Both the position numbers and the translations under genes were made by a program. A stretch of DNA of 64,000 nt. Origin: Azolla caroliniana. Taxonomy: Eukaryota; Plantae; Polypodiophyta. The stretch is taken from positions 17,236,001-17,300,000 of the forward strand of contig JBHGNT010000009.1 of NCBI GenBank assembly GCA_043228905.1. Reading direction: 5' to 3'. Below the pieces are notes generated by a model. It was not told where the DNA came from, searched no databases, and was given only the letters and a program-made list of their open reading frames with translations. Below are positions 48,049 through 62,100 of this stretch, piece after piece; positions within the stretch are counted from its first letter, which is position 1; every line of letters begins with the position of its first letter.

Positions 48049-51000
48049 TGTGAAAGATTGATTGCGGAAGCGTTAGAAAGAACAATACACAGAGAGAGAG
48101 AGATAGTACGCGGGAGAGACAACGAGAGAGAGAGAGAGAGAGAGCAAGACACACTATTCTTCAAAATTATATGAATACTCTGTGCTCTGTGTGTCTACAA
48201 CGCGCTCATCAGCGCTATTTATACAAGTCCACACGGGACTGATAGAAGTACTGTGTACTTCAATGCTCACACGAGCATCTGACACTAACTACGAGACTAT
48301 AAATGCCTAGTAATCTAACCTATACTAGGCTTCCGGTTATGGATTGGATCCGGCATACCGGCTCCCCAGCTCACCGGTCCTTATTGCTTACCGGCTCGGT
48401 TGCACACCGGCATACCGATTCATCTCGCTTACCGGCTCAGGCTTATTCAGCCGATCCGGCTCCGGTTGAGCTTGCCGCTCAACACTCCCCCTCAAGCTCA
48501 ACCTGAGGTAGGGTCGTAGTGTCAACCTCTATGGCAGCCGGTTCTTCCAACTGACTTCTCCTTGCGTCGCTTCGCCTTGCTCGCGCTTCTTGTTCGGTCC
48601 GGTCCCGTTTGCCGCCACCCCTTTGGTTCTGCGCACCTCGACCTTCGGCATGTCTGCTCAATAGGCCCATCTCAGCTCCTTCACTGCTATGACTCCGATG
48701 CTTGCCGATCCGTCGGTTCCTCCGCGATGGCATCGACTTCCGCTGCGTCTCTGTCTCCTTGGCCTCTCGTTGATCTGACTCATCTGGATCCGTCTGTTAA
48801 TCCGAATCGGCTGTCTCCGACTCATTCCAGCTCTTGTCCAAATCGATATCCTCCGATTCGATTTTCGGTTTCAGACCTCTCACCACATCGAACCACGTTT
48901 GGGTCTTGGCCTTCTCCGTGCTTCCCTTGGCTTCTTCAGCCGGTTCACCGAAGTCGAATTCTTCATTCGACTCCGCATCATGGCCATTATGATCGTGATG
49001 ACCTCCGTATAGCATGCACTTCTCTTCCTGAGTGTACATTTCTTCTTCACAACCGCTCACTCCGACCTATTCGGATTTGCCGAATTCCTTTGTCGACTCG
49101 GCTTCATTTTTCTTCTTGTCTCCACCTCTACCAGTTCTTCTCTTACCTACGGGTTCAACAATTTTTTTGCCTTTGCCCGTTGTCGTGAAGAAAACCGTCC
49201 CCAGGCGCAAACCGTGTATAGTGTGTGTGAACCGGCCCTTACATGTGGGCACGTCCCTTGTCGTATAGTAGATAGGTAGGCACAAAGGTTAAATCCTAGG
49301 TAGCAATATTCTGTAAGGGAAATCGAGGAGTATCTCTGTCCGAAAGGACAGAGAATTATTGTGATGTAAACGGGCAAGGCGGCCTCCCTCCTTGAGCTAT
49401 AAAAGAGAGGGAGACGGGGAGAGAAGGTATCGCGCGCTAGAGGGGACGAAGTGCAGTTGGACTGGGACCGAACTCTTCTCCTCTGTCGTTCTCCACAAGC
49501 TTTCTTTGCGCAAGTCCTCGAGAGGTTGATTCTGCTCTGTGGAACGCCCGTGTGCTTCCGGCAGAATCTCCATCTTGCTCTCCTGTGTGCGTGGGTGATC
49601 AGGCGCCGGCATCCATCTCGCCGACCTGGTCGGCTGTATCAGTTCGAGTCATCTACATACATGTATTTATATACGTGTTCTTATACCCTATCTCCTGCCC
49701 AACTCGTGTCTCTTGTGTTGATTGGGTTGCGTTCCTGCACGCTTCTTTGTCTATCCGTGTGTGAGCGTGTCTCTCTTCCTCTCCCCTTTCGCTTCCTCAC
49801 CTATTCCTCGGTCCAAGACCCCAGTGGTCCCGCCTCGTTCTCCACGCACACGCGTAGCAACGCGACACCGTTTCGGTAGTGTCTTTGCCCTTGCATCTCC
49901 CTCTCAAGTGCGGCACGTCGAGATGCTGAACACCAAGCATTTCGGTAAAGTGTTGCAACTTGTCCGACCCGAGTGGCTTGGTGAAGATGTCGGCAACTTG
50001 CCGATCCGTGTGAACATACCGTAGTTCAACTTCACTGCTCAGGACCTGCTCACGCACGAAGGTATAATGCATTTCTATGTGCTTTGTGCGAGCATGGAAC
50101 ACAGGGTTCTTGGCGAGCTGCATGCTGCTGAGGTTATCGCAGTAGATCAGGATCGGGGTCGGTACCTCGATCCGCAGGTCTTGCAATAGTCGCCGAAGCC
50201 AAATGGCTTCACAGGTGTCTACGGTCGCGCCCTGGTATACAACCTCAGTGCTGGATAGAGCCACTGTTGGCTGCTTTTTGCTGCTCCATGCAACAGCCGC
50301 GCTCCCAAGACAAAACATAAAGCCGGAAGTTGAGCGACGATCCGTTGCATCGCCAGCCCAATCGGCATCTGTGTAGCCGACAAGCTCTTCGTTTATACCT
50401 TGCCAGTATAAGAGCCCCCGATCCTTAGTGCCGCTTACATACCTCAGTATTCGTTGCGCGCACTGAAGGTCCTCCACAGTCTGCTTCTGCATGAATTGGC
50501 TTACCACTCCGACCGGATAGCTAATGTCGGGTCGGGTGATGGTCAAGTAAATCAGGCTTCCGACTATTTGTCGGAACCGTTTCTCATCGCAGGTTGATCT
50601 GGAGTTGGCACGGATCTTCTGATTCCGGTCCAAGGGTGTGGAGACAGGTCAGCATTCCGTCATGCCGAACTTGCATAGTATATTCAACACATAATGGCAT
50701 TGAGAAAGCAATATACCGTCGGGGGTGCGGATCACCTCGATCCCCAAAAAATAATGAAGGTCCCCCAAGTTCTTCATATCGAATGCGTTCGACAACTGGG
50801 ACTTGACGCGGTTGATTTCCGGAAGACCTGGGCCGGTGATGACTAAATCATCAACATAGAGTAAGATACATACCTGACCGTTTGAGCTTTGACGGATGAA
50901 CAGGGAAGAGTCCGACTTGGAGGCAACAAACCCCATCTTTCGCAACCGGTGCGTGATCTTAGCATTCCAAGCACGGGGGGCTTGCTTCAAGCCGTACAAC

Positions 51001-54000
51001 GACTTCCTCAGCCGGCATACCGCCAACTTGTTCACCTCAAACTGAAATCTGGGGGGCTGAGTCATAAAGACTTATTCTTCAAGATTTCCTTGAACGAAGG
51101 CATTCTTCACATCCATCTGATGAAGATGCCACCCCCTTGCTGCAGCAACCGCCAGTATCATCTTCGCTACAGGAGCGAAGGTCTCATCGTAGTCGATTCC
51201 GTGGGTCTGCGCATATCCCTTCGCCACTAACCGGGCCTTGTACCGGTTAACTATACCGTCGACATTGTACTTGACCTTGTACACCGATTTGCATCCGATC
51301 AGTTTACAATGACAGGGACGGTCAACCAGGTCCCAAGTTCCATTGGCATCCAGTGCCCACATTTCTTCCGCCATAGCGGCACGCCAATTTGCGTCCTTTG
51401 CCGCTTCTGCGTAGCTCTCCGGCTCACGCACTTCCGCGACCTTAGTCATGTACACATAATGATGCGCCATGTACTCATTATACCCGTACCGTTTAATGGG
51501 ATCCTTCTGGCGGGTGGACCGGCGTAACTCACCGTTACCTGGTATGAGACCCTTCTTGGCCGGTTCGGTCTTCGTTCCCGAAGATCTGCCTATGTCCTTG
51601 CCGAAGTCAGATACGATCCGACTCATCATTGCCGGTCTCAAATTCCGGCATCTTATGCTTCCCTTTCTCTTTGCGTGTGAACCGTCTCCTCAGTTCCTTG
51701 CACGGGGAGAGCACGACAAAGTCTCCACTACTCGTCGTCTCATCATCTGACTGGTTGGACTGATCCAGTCTCTCATTCGGTCCGCTTAACCGGAATGATT
51801 CCGGACTCTCATCTTGAGTCTCGGCTTCACCTTTCTCTACCTGGGCCGGTTCGGGCTCACTAGACCCATCCTCCGACATCGAGTCGGGATCGGAAGTCGG
51901 AGTCGATAAGGAATACCACGATGCCGATTCATCAAACTCGACATCTCGGCCGACTCGGACCTGCTTCGTCCGGGGGTTATAACACTTATACCCCTTTTGC
52001 TCTTGAGCATAGCCGACTAGGATGCATTTTTCCGATTTTGCATCCAGCTTTCTTCGCTTCTCATCCGGCACATGTACATAGGCTATGTTGCCGAATATCC
52101 GGAGGTGTCTCAAATTCGGCTTGCGCCTAAAATACAGCTCGTGAGCTAACACCTTGTCCCCGATCCGGTTCTGGATGTAAACGGTCGTTTGGACCGCCTC
52201 CGCACAGTAGAACTTGGGCATGCTCTTTTCCTCCAGCATTGCCCTAGCCGCGTCAATCAGCGACCGATTCTTCCTTTCGGCCACACCGTTCTATTGCGGT
52301 GTGTATCTGCAGTTGAATTCTCGTTGAATTCCTTTTTCTTGCAGATAGCTATTGAATTGGCTTGAAAAATACTCTTTTCCGCCATCCGACCGTAGGCATT
52401 TGATCTTCCTCTCCGATTCCCATTCCACCATCTTCTGGAGGCTCCGGAAACACTCGAAGACTTCGCTCTTCCACTCAATGAGGTAGATCCACGTATGCCA
52501 CGTGTAGTCGTCGATGAAGGAGACGAAATATCGACTCCCACCAATGCTAACATTTTGTGCCAGTCCCCACACATCCGGATGGATAAGATCGAGCTTGTTA
52601 CGGCTTCGATTTCTTTCGGTGGGGAATGGAAGCCGGTGTTGCTTCCCGAGTTGGCAGGCTTCACAAATATGGGCTCTCCGGCCACTAAACTTCGGCAAAC
52701 CGAAAACGACTTGTTCCGTTTGCAGGTCTTGAAGCCTCCGGTAGTTGACGTGGCCGATCCACTTGTGCCACAGGTCGATATCCGACTCGTCCTTCTGTCC
52801 TTTGGCGAACAGTGCGGTGCCGACGTCATTGGTGTTGAGGATAAACGTCCTCCCATCTCTGCGCCCTTGCGCAATAACTTCGCCCTCATCCTCAATGAAG
52901 CACCCGAGGTGCGTAAACCGCACCTGCATCCCTTGGTTGACGATCTGTCCGACCGACACCAGGTTCTTCGTGATCGTCGGAACATGTAATACATTCATTA
53001 GCTTCCCCCTCCGTCCGACGTGGTTCAAAGGGACTTCTCCGACGTGCACGATTGGGTGGGGACTGTCGTCTCCGGTTTCGACAACTCCCGGTTGATCCGG
53101 CTTCTCCAAAAAGGAGAACCACTCCTCGTGGCTCGTCATGTAGTTCGATGCGCCGGAGTCAACGTACCACACTTCTTCATTGAGTGGTCTTCTTCATTGA
53201 GTTTGCCGATTTGGGAGTGGTCTTCTTCATTAAGTTTGCCTTGTGCTTCATCACCAAGGCTCGCCCCTTACCGTTCTTGGATCCTCCTGATCTATTGGCG
53301 TAGTGCGAGCTTTGTCGGCCTTCCTTACCGGTCTTGCCGGATCCAGATTTGTCCGAATCGGCACGCTTTCTCCAACACTCGCTTTCCCTGTAGCCCTTTT
53401 TGCCACAGTACCAGCATTCCGTAGCGGATTTGTCTTGCCGGCCTTCGGCACCACCTTGACTCCCCCTGCTTGTGGAAGTCCCGGAACTACTGTCGGCATG
53501 CTCATTGTGCCTTCGTTCCTGATCTTGCCGGCCACCTCCATTGCGTGCCGACTTGCATCGTCCACCACGCCCGCGGGACCGATCCGCTCCCGTGTACAGT
53601 ATCTGGCTGTCTGGGGATGCACTAGTAGATGCACCGGCGTGGTTCTCCTCTACAAGGAGCATCGACTGTAAGTCGAAAAAAGAGGGTGTATTCTCCCTTG
53701 TACAAACCGCAATCCGGAAAGCTCCGAACTTGGACGCCAGGCCTCCAAGACAGACCTGCACCATCCCGTCTTCCTCTACGGTGATGTTAATTGAGGCAAG
53801 CGAGTCACAGATCCCTTTGATCTGGTCTGTGTAATCTGCCACCGACATGTTCTTCTGTCGAACATTGCTCAACTTCTGTCTGAGTTGCAGCTTCCGGGCA
53901 GTGGTGCTTGCGACGAAGACCTTTTTCCAGTTTCCCCAAGCATCCTTCGGTGTCTTGGCGTCACGGATATGGCTGAGAAGCTGGTCACCGACACTGGACG

Positions 54001-54362
54001 CGAAGCAGTACATCACCCTGCTTGCCGCCTGTTCCCACACTGGGAAGTCCTTATGTGTCGTCTCCGGTGCTGAGTCGTTCACTCCATCGACATAAATCTA
54101 GTAGCCATGCCCAAGCAGATACTGGTGCATCTTGTATGACCAAGATGCGTAGTTGGTTTTGTCGAGCTTCTCCACCGAGAGCGACGTAGCCATACCTCTG
54201 TCCATTTCTCCTTTTGTGTTTGTTTTCCGATCTGTTAGGGTTTCCTTCACAAGCGTAGATGTCTGCAACAGAGGTTCTCAACCCACGCACTCTGATACCA
54301 TGTGAAAGATTGCTTGCGGAAGCGTTAGAAAGAACAATACAGAGAGAGAGAGAGAGAGTACG

Positions 54363-54394
<32 letters not shown>

Positions 54395-54734
54395 CAAGAC
54401 ACACTATTCTTCAAAATTATATGAATACTCTGTGCTCTGTGTGTCTACAACGCGCTCATCAGCGCTATTTATACAAGTCCACACGGGACTATTAGAAGTA
54501 TTGTGTACTTCAATGCTCACACGAGCATCTGACACTAACTACAAGACTATAACTGTCTAGTAGTCTAACCTATACTAGGCTTCCGGTTATGGATTGGATC
54601 CGGCATACCGGCGCCCTAGCTCACCGGTCCTTACTGCTTACCAGCTCGGTTGCTCACTGGCATACCGATTCATCTCGCTTACCGGCTCAGGCTTATTCAG
54701 CCGATCCGGCTCTGGTTGAGCTTGCCGCTCAACA
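48049..54734 (-). mobile_element. Ty1/copia element B, full length; LTRs 48049-48484 and 54301-54734; TSD GTGAT
   Basis: TSD GTGAT at 48044-48048 and 54735-54739, iMet PBS at 54289-54300, PPT at 48485-48495. Domain order is gag (CWYCGKKGY), protease (WYVDSGAS), integrase, RT, RNase H (DADWAG, SSTE, HARTKHIE). Related to element A. Confidence 0.96.
49181..49867 (+). mobile_element. Solo LTR (687 bp) with 4-bp TSD CCGT, inserted in copia B
   Basis: Termini TGTCG...CGACA, CCGT at 49177-49180 and 49868-49871, and TATAAAA at about 49399. Removing it restores the copia B reading frame. Confidence 0.88.
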
Positions 54735-56117
54735 GTGATGCACATGAAGACGACGACATACATCCGGTGCTTCATCGATATGAGCTTATACAGCAACTTC
54801 AATGAGGAGAGTAAGGCTCATGAGCTCTAGGAGAAGATCGGCATTATGTTCCAGAACAAAAATGTCGTTAATCAGGTTTTGATATTCCGGAAGCTAGTGA
54901 GGCTCCGGTACCAAGATGGCTCCAGCATGAGGGAGCACATGAATGCCTTCCAAGGGCTGATTCACCAAGCAACATCGTTGGAAGTACCTCTCACCGATGA
55001 GATATTTGCTCTACTCCTGCTCGGTTCCCTCCCGGATAGCTGGGAGACGTTAGTTCTCACGTTGGGCAACGTCGGGCCGGAAGGAAAACAACTATCCCTA
55101 GCAAAAGTCAAGTCGAGCTTGCTAGATGAGGAAGCGCGTCGGAAAGACAAGGATATGAGCTCCGACTCCAAAGTGCTCCTAACCGAATCGGAACATGGAA
55201 GACAAAGGAACCGGAGTCCCCAGAACCGGGAAAAGTCGGGGACACGGTCAAAGTCAAGGGGAAGGCCCACTTGCTTCTACTGTGGGAAGACGAGGCACTT
55301 CCAGAATAACTATCGACATTTCCGGAAAGACAAGGAAACCGATAGTACCGATTCGAAGCGGTCAACGGACTGGAACGGCAAAGACCGGAGAGGACCGGAC
55401 CGGAAGGGAATGACGGCAATCGTGGCAAGTGAAGAGGAGTTGATGCTCATCACCGAGGAGAGTGAGTTGAACCTTGACGGCAACGAGACAACATGGGTTG
55501 TCGATTCCGGAGCGTCGTTCCACCTGACCCCGGGCCAGAAATGCTTCTCATCCTACACAGCCGATGAGCACGGATGTGTCCAGATGGGGAATGAAGGTAC
55601 ATGCTGAATTCTCGGCATAGGAGACGTGTGGTTGACAACACCAACCGGATGCAAGCTGCCATTGAAGGATGTCTGACACGTTCCGGAGGTTCGACTGAAC
55701 CTAATATCAGTCGGTCGGCTAGACGATGAAGGTTACACGGGTAGCATCCGGAACAGAGTCATGAAGTTCAGCAAAGGGAGCCTAATAGTGGCTCGGGCCC
55801 TGAAAGTCAACACTTTGTACCTAATGAATACCCGATTATACCAGGAAGAAGTGAACGTGGCATCCAACACTACCGGTGAACTGTGCACAAGAGACTGTGT
55901 CACATGAGCGAGAAGGGGATGAGGAGGCTTGCCGATGACAACCTCATTCCGGTGAAGGATGTGCATCTTGAGAGGTGCACCGACTGCCTGGCTAGTAAGC
56001 AAAACCGGACCTCCTTCCGCTCAAGGCCACCGATGAGACGTAATGCACCACCGGAGCTGGTGCATACCGAAGTGTGTCAAGTGGACACGAAGTCACATGC
56101 CAGATCGCAGTACTTCG

Positions 56118-59100
56118 TGTTAAGAGTCTATTACTAATCAATAGACCAAATCAAGTAAAAAGGAAGAAAATAGATTGGATAGAAGAACCCGTTCCACCCG
56201 ACCACCCCCGAGCTATGATCTAGACATAGCCAACCTACCACCGACGTCCCATACCGTCGGATATTAGGATGACTAATACCTTGGAAGAGATAAACACGAT
56301 CGTCGAGACGAAAGCCTAGCCCACACCACCGGTGTCTACGACAGCAGCCTTCCGACGTGATTCCCCTATGAGGGTAGCTAAGCCTCATATTTATACCTTT
56401 TCCTAGGCCCCTTGAATAGATGTGTCTTTCTAAAAGGCTCTCTATTCATTGGTTGTCTAAATCATGATAGTGCATGCACATATCATTCATTCTATCCAAT
56501 CATTAGTCCCCTTTTTAATAATAGTGAACATACCCTTCACTAATGTAAATATTAGTGACCTACCCTCACCAACGTTATGTGTACATAACATACTCCCCTA
56601 CTTCAAAAGATTGCACTCTTGCAATATAAAGTGAGGAAATTGTGCCTTAAGCGAATGCTCGCGTTCCCATGTGGCATCATCAATAGGTTTATCCATCCAT
56701 TTGATCTTGAATAGCCGAATCTCTTTAGAACGTAAACGTTTAGTACGAGAATCAAGAATTCGTTCAGGAACATGAGGTTTGTAAGAAAAATCCTCTAATG
56801 TTACAAGATCTTGGATTGTGATGGTGTTATCACCAGAGCCTAAAAATGGTTTTAGACGACTGACGTGAAAAACAGGATGAATACCAACGTTACGAGGTAA
56901 GGCAAGGTGATAAGCAGATGACCCAACTCGCTTAAGGATTTCAAATGGGCCACAATATCGTGGGGCTAACTTAGCGCACTTGCCCGTAGATAATGACGTA
57001 GAATCAGTCGGGACACGCAAAAAAACTTTTTGACCAATAGTAAATGCACGAGGACGTCTATCCTGATCAGCATAAAATCGAGCACGATCTTGAGCTGTCT
57101 TGACATTTTCTTTGGCAATATGCAACATTTGGTTCATGTCTTGCAAAAAATTGCGTGTACTGTCTAATGTATCACGATGAATCGTGACATCAACTGGGGC
57201 ACGTGGCTGAAAACCATACATCAACATAAAAGGACTATATCCAGTGGATGTATGTTTAGAGCTATTATAGGCAAATTCTAAGATAGGAAGGTATTGCTCC
57301 CACTTAGAAGGGGTTTTTGCTACATAAGCTCGAAGCATGTCCTCAATAATTTGATTAACTCGTTCAGTTTGTCCATCAGACTGAGGATGATCTGCGGAAC
57401 TCATGCTCAACGTAGTTTCTAGTTTCTTAAAGACCTGAGTCCAAAAGTCACTAGTAAACTTGGAATCTCGATCACTAACAATATCCATCGGTAATCCATA
57501 AAAACGAAATAACTCATCAACAAATTGATAAGCCAACTGTTGAGCGGTTACCGTGGTTTTTGTAGGAATAAATCTAGCTAATTTTGTTAGCCTGTCAACG
57601 ACAACCCATATGGCATCATGACCCCTCTGTGTACGAGGTAAACTAACAATAAAATCCATCGAGATACTTTCCCATTTATTGTTGGGAATATCTAAGGGAT
57701 GTAAAAGACCAGCAGCTTTAAGTCGTTCCGACTTATTAATCTGACATTGTAAGCATTGAGTTACGTATTTATGCACGTCAGAGCGCATCTTAGGCCAGAA
57801 AAAAAGTACACGAGATGAGAACGAGTGTGCGTTGTATTCCAGGATGACCAGCAGATGGTGCATCATGACATTCATGAAAAAATTTCTGTTTAACATTTGG
57901 TAAATCTGGAACACAGACCTTTCCACTACGGTAGAGCAAACCGTTTGTAATGTGAAAGGTCGCCTTCGAGGGTAGGGTGCTAGTATCGGCATCTAAACCA
58001 GATTCGGCTTTCGTCCAGTATTTTGAGAAATAACTGTCATCAAGGTATTTCCCTCGAAGGTGATCTAAAAGATCAAATTTTATTTCCGTGAAGCTAAGCA
58101 TGTTAACTTCTTTAATGCGACTAAGAGCATCAGCAACGGTGTTCATAGAACCCTTGCGATATCGTATGGAAAAATCAAAATCTTGCATAAGGTCAGCCCA
58201 ACGGCCTTTACGACCAACAAGATCGGGCTGGTCACAAAAATACTTTAATGATTGATGGTCTGTTGTAACCACAAATTTATTTCCATAGAGATAGTGCCTC
58301 CATGTTTTAAGTGCGTGTATCACCGCAAACAACTCTTTCTCTTGAACCGAATACCGAGATTGAGCCGCATCAAGCTTCTTACTTTCAAAAGCAATAGGGT
58401 GACCACCTTGATAAAGAACGGCACCAATAGCATAATCACTAGCATCGGTTTCAATTGAGAAAGGCTTAGAAGGGTCTGGTAATAGAAGAGTGGGAGCCTG
58501 ACACACATGCTCCTTAAGTGTCTCAAATGATTTGTCAAGTTGTTCATTCCATGAAATTGGTTTGACAGACTTACGTGGATGACCTTTTAAAAGGTCAGTT
58601 AATGGCGTAGTCAATTTGGAATAGTTACGAATTGATTTTCGTAAAAATCCAACAAACCCTAAGAATGATCTAAGTTCACGAATATTACGAGGAATGGGCC
58701 AAAGTTTAACCTTTTCAATACGAGAAGGTTCAATTTCAACGCCATTTTCTGTAATTAAATGACCTAGGTACACAATAGATTTTTGGAAGAAGTCACATTT
58801 TGAATGTTTTGCATAGAAAGAGTTGTCACGCAACTTTCGCAAAACAAATCGAACATGTTGAACATGATCTTGCAAGGTACGGCTATATATCAAAATATCA
58901 TCCAAGAAGACGACAACAAAATCACCGAGTTGATCTCAGAAAACATCATTCATCGCTTGTTGGAATGTGGCTGGAGCATTAGTCAACCCAAACGGCATGA
59001 CTAAAAACTCATAATGGCCATAGCGCGTACGAAAAGCGGTTTTAGGAATATCATCCTCGGCGATGCGAATCTGATGATAACCAGTTCGTAAGTCAATTTT

Positions 59101-62100
59101 CGTAAAATATCGAGCCCCGTGCAAACGATCAATCAAATCATCGGCACGAGGTAATGGATATGCATTCTTAATTGTCATTTTATTCAAACGGCGATAATTG
59201 ATACACATTCGCCACGAACCTTCCTTCTTCTTGACTAATAGAACTGGCGCACCCCAAGGTGATTTACTATACCTAATGTGGCCCATACTCAAGTATTCCT
59301 TAAGTTGTTTAGCGATCTCATCCTCTTCTAATCGACTAAGTCGGTAAGGTGGAATGCTCACAGGAGCAGCCCCAGGGATGAGTTCAATTTGATGGTCCAC
59401 ATTATGTTTAGGTGGTAAAGTAAGCGGTAATTCAGTAGGAAACACATCTTGAAAATCCTCTAAAATAGAGTCGAGTAATCGTTGCTCAAAATGTGGTAAT
59501 TGTGTGGCGTCAATATTAAAATAATAAAATTGAACCGCAGGATCAATTACACACGAATAAATTAATGAACTAGAATACTCACTTAAAGATTTAGAAGACA
59601 CAAGTGAATGAGAAGGAAGTTTGGAACATTGAATAAAATGTTTACAATTATTAAGTTCAAATGTGATTGAGTGATTAACCCAATCAATGGACAAAGAAGG
59701 GTTTTTATTAAAAAACCAAGGATATCCTAAAATGACATCTGCGGATTGTAATTTCATAACATGAAAGTCAAGCTTCTCCAAATAAGTATCTATTTGAATT
59801 GGCAGTTGACAAACAATGCCACTGATGTATTAAACGTTTCCATTTGCCATGTGAACTTGATAGATATGATCACTTGCGTTTATGTGGAGCTCCATTTGCT
59901 GCACAAAGTGATCATTAAGAAAATTGTGAGAACTACCGGAATCAAACAAGAAATGTGTTTGTGTTCCATTGATATATCCGACTGCTCGGAGTAAATCATT
60001 AGGTCCAAGTAAATGTGAAGGAAAAGTGCATTCACATAAACTTAAGTGATTGGTATGAACTTCAACAATATCAAAAGACTCACCTGTGTGACTCGTAGAT
60101 TTGTCTTGAGGAGGGGTGTTCATTGACTTCCTCTCAAGACGACGACAGGTATCCTTTGTGTGGCCCCGCTTCTTGCAATATGCACAGAAGAGGTTCGGTT
60201 TCTTTGAGTCGCGGTCAAGAGTGTCACTGGATTGCTTACGTTTCCCAATGAACTTGACATTCGGAGTTTTGGCGAACTCAGGTTTATTGTGGTCTTTCTT
60301 GGAAGTCCTATGGTATCGCAGCACAATGTTGACGGCTTCCTCGAAAGTTGTGGGGTCCTTGTCATGGACAATCCAATGATAATCCCCATTGGGAATACCA
60401 TTCAAAAAACAAGCGACAAACCATTTCTCACCCGTAAGTCCCGATTTTTGGATCTGGGTCCGAGCGTGATGCACATAATCCTCGAGAGAGGTAAATGGCT
60501 TACTAGACAATGTGAGCAAGTGTTGCGCTTGTTCGGTTTGAGAAGGTGGCTGCAAGAATTGTTTCTTAAAAACATCAACGAAACCTTCCCAAGTTGTGGG
60601 TAAGTTTTTTTGCGGTCCTTAGGCCACGCCACCAAGCAGCAGCTCGGCCACCTAACTCACGACCGACATAACCAATTTTTACTGCATCGGGCTTGGGATG
60701 AAGCTCAAAGTGAGACTCCCAACGACCAAGCCAAGTGCTAATGGCCTCCTCGGTTCTTTCTTTCTTATCTCCCTTGAAAGGCGTTACTACGAAGGAAGGT
60801 TCACCTTCTTTCTTGGACTCAATAGTTAATTCTTGGAATTTCTTTTCCAATGCCATATTGGCCTGTCTCATTTCGGCCAATTGATTCAAGGTAGTAGTGA
60901 GCAATTGCTCAATAGTGATCTCAGCTTGTGTGCGAGATTCGGATTGGGGTCGAGAGGTCTCATTTGGAGAGATCGTTCCAACTGCGTTCAAAACTTGTTC
61001 CATGATGCACGCTGTGGGTATGCAATAAAATAAGGAGGTTCAGAAAATACACAAGCAAAATGAATGCTTGAAATTTTGATTGAAAGAACTTTATCCAAGA
61101 AAGTATCTCATGTCTTTACCCCTCTAGACATATGAGATGTGATTCGAGATCCGATAACTATGGTAACACTATGGTGTTTTAAAAACCATGGGGAAAAACA
61201 TAGCTAAGATGTATTTCTCGGATCTCTATCTTGAGTAATCATGGCGGCTCCCCGAGGCTCAACCATGGTTCTTACATCAATGAAATTTCCTAGATAGCCT
61301 TATATCAATGCCAACCCATCATGTATTATATGGTCGAGAAAGTGTATTACGTGAAAAAACAAGTGCACTCACAAGTAATATTCTAGTCTTGCGAGCAATA
61401 AGCAAACGTGATGATAAAATGATAAAATAAGGCACTACTCATAAGAGTTAAGTAGTGACGAAAACAAGGGTAAAAAAAAAAAAAAGAACCCATGTGTTAC
61501 CTACGAAAAAAACAATGTCACAAATAAATGGGAAGTGCAAGGTATGCACATATACATCCCAATATGATTGTTATAACTTGCACAATTGTGACATAAGCCA
61601 CAAATTGATACAAGTGATGACGGTGTTGTGCGCAAAGATGTAATACTCAAATCCATGAGTAAAACATCAATAAGGGAACTCATATGGTTTTACTCGTTTT
61701 CTAAGGCTTGATGATAAGAGTTAAACCTAGATGACCCGTTGAAAAAAAATCGTTCAACAAGCCACTCCATACGAAAAAAATAGTCTACACGTAAAGGTTA
61801 CATTAAAAATAAACGATGTAAATACTTTATACATGAAAAGGAAGTGGAAAAAGGAGAGTTAATTGTGGGCGGGTAAATAATAATTACTAGAAAATCATAT
61901 AAGTGAAACAATACTTATGAAATTAAAATTTAATTAGAATAATCAACAATTAGGTGTATGGAATCAAACATGCCCTAAGATACGAAACCCTAGGGTAGTT
62001 AACATGCACCTCCTCAAGACCACCACATATCCCTAGAATCGGCCAAGTAATGGCTAATTAAAGAGGAAAGTGGCATAGGTAAGTGACATATACCTCGTCA

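Noticed and set aside
56134-56388. Identical 84-aa ORFs at 56134 and 62779 as a duplicated gene
   Set aside because: Both lie within the two LTRs of a single young element.
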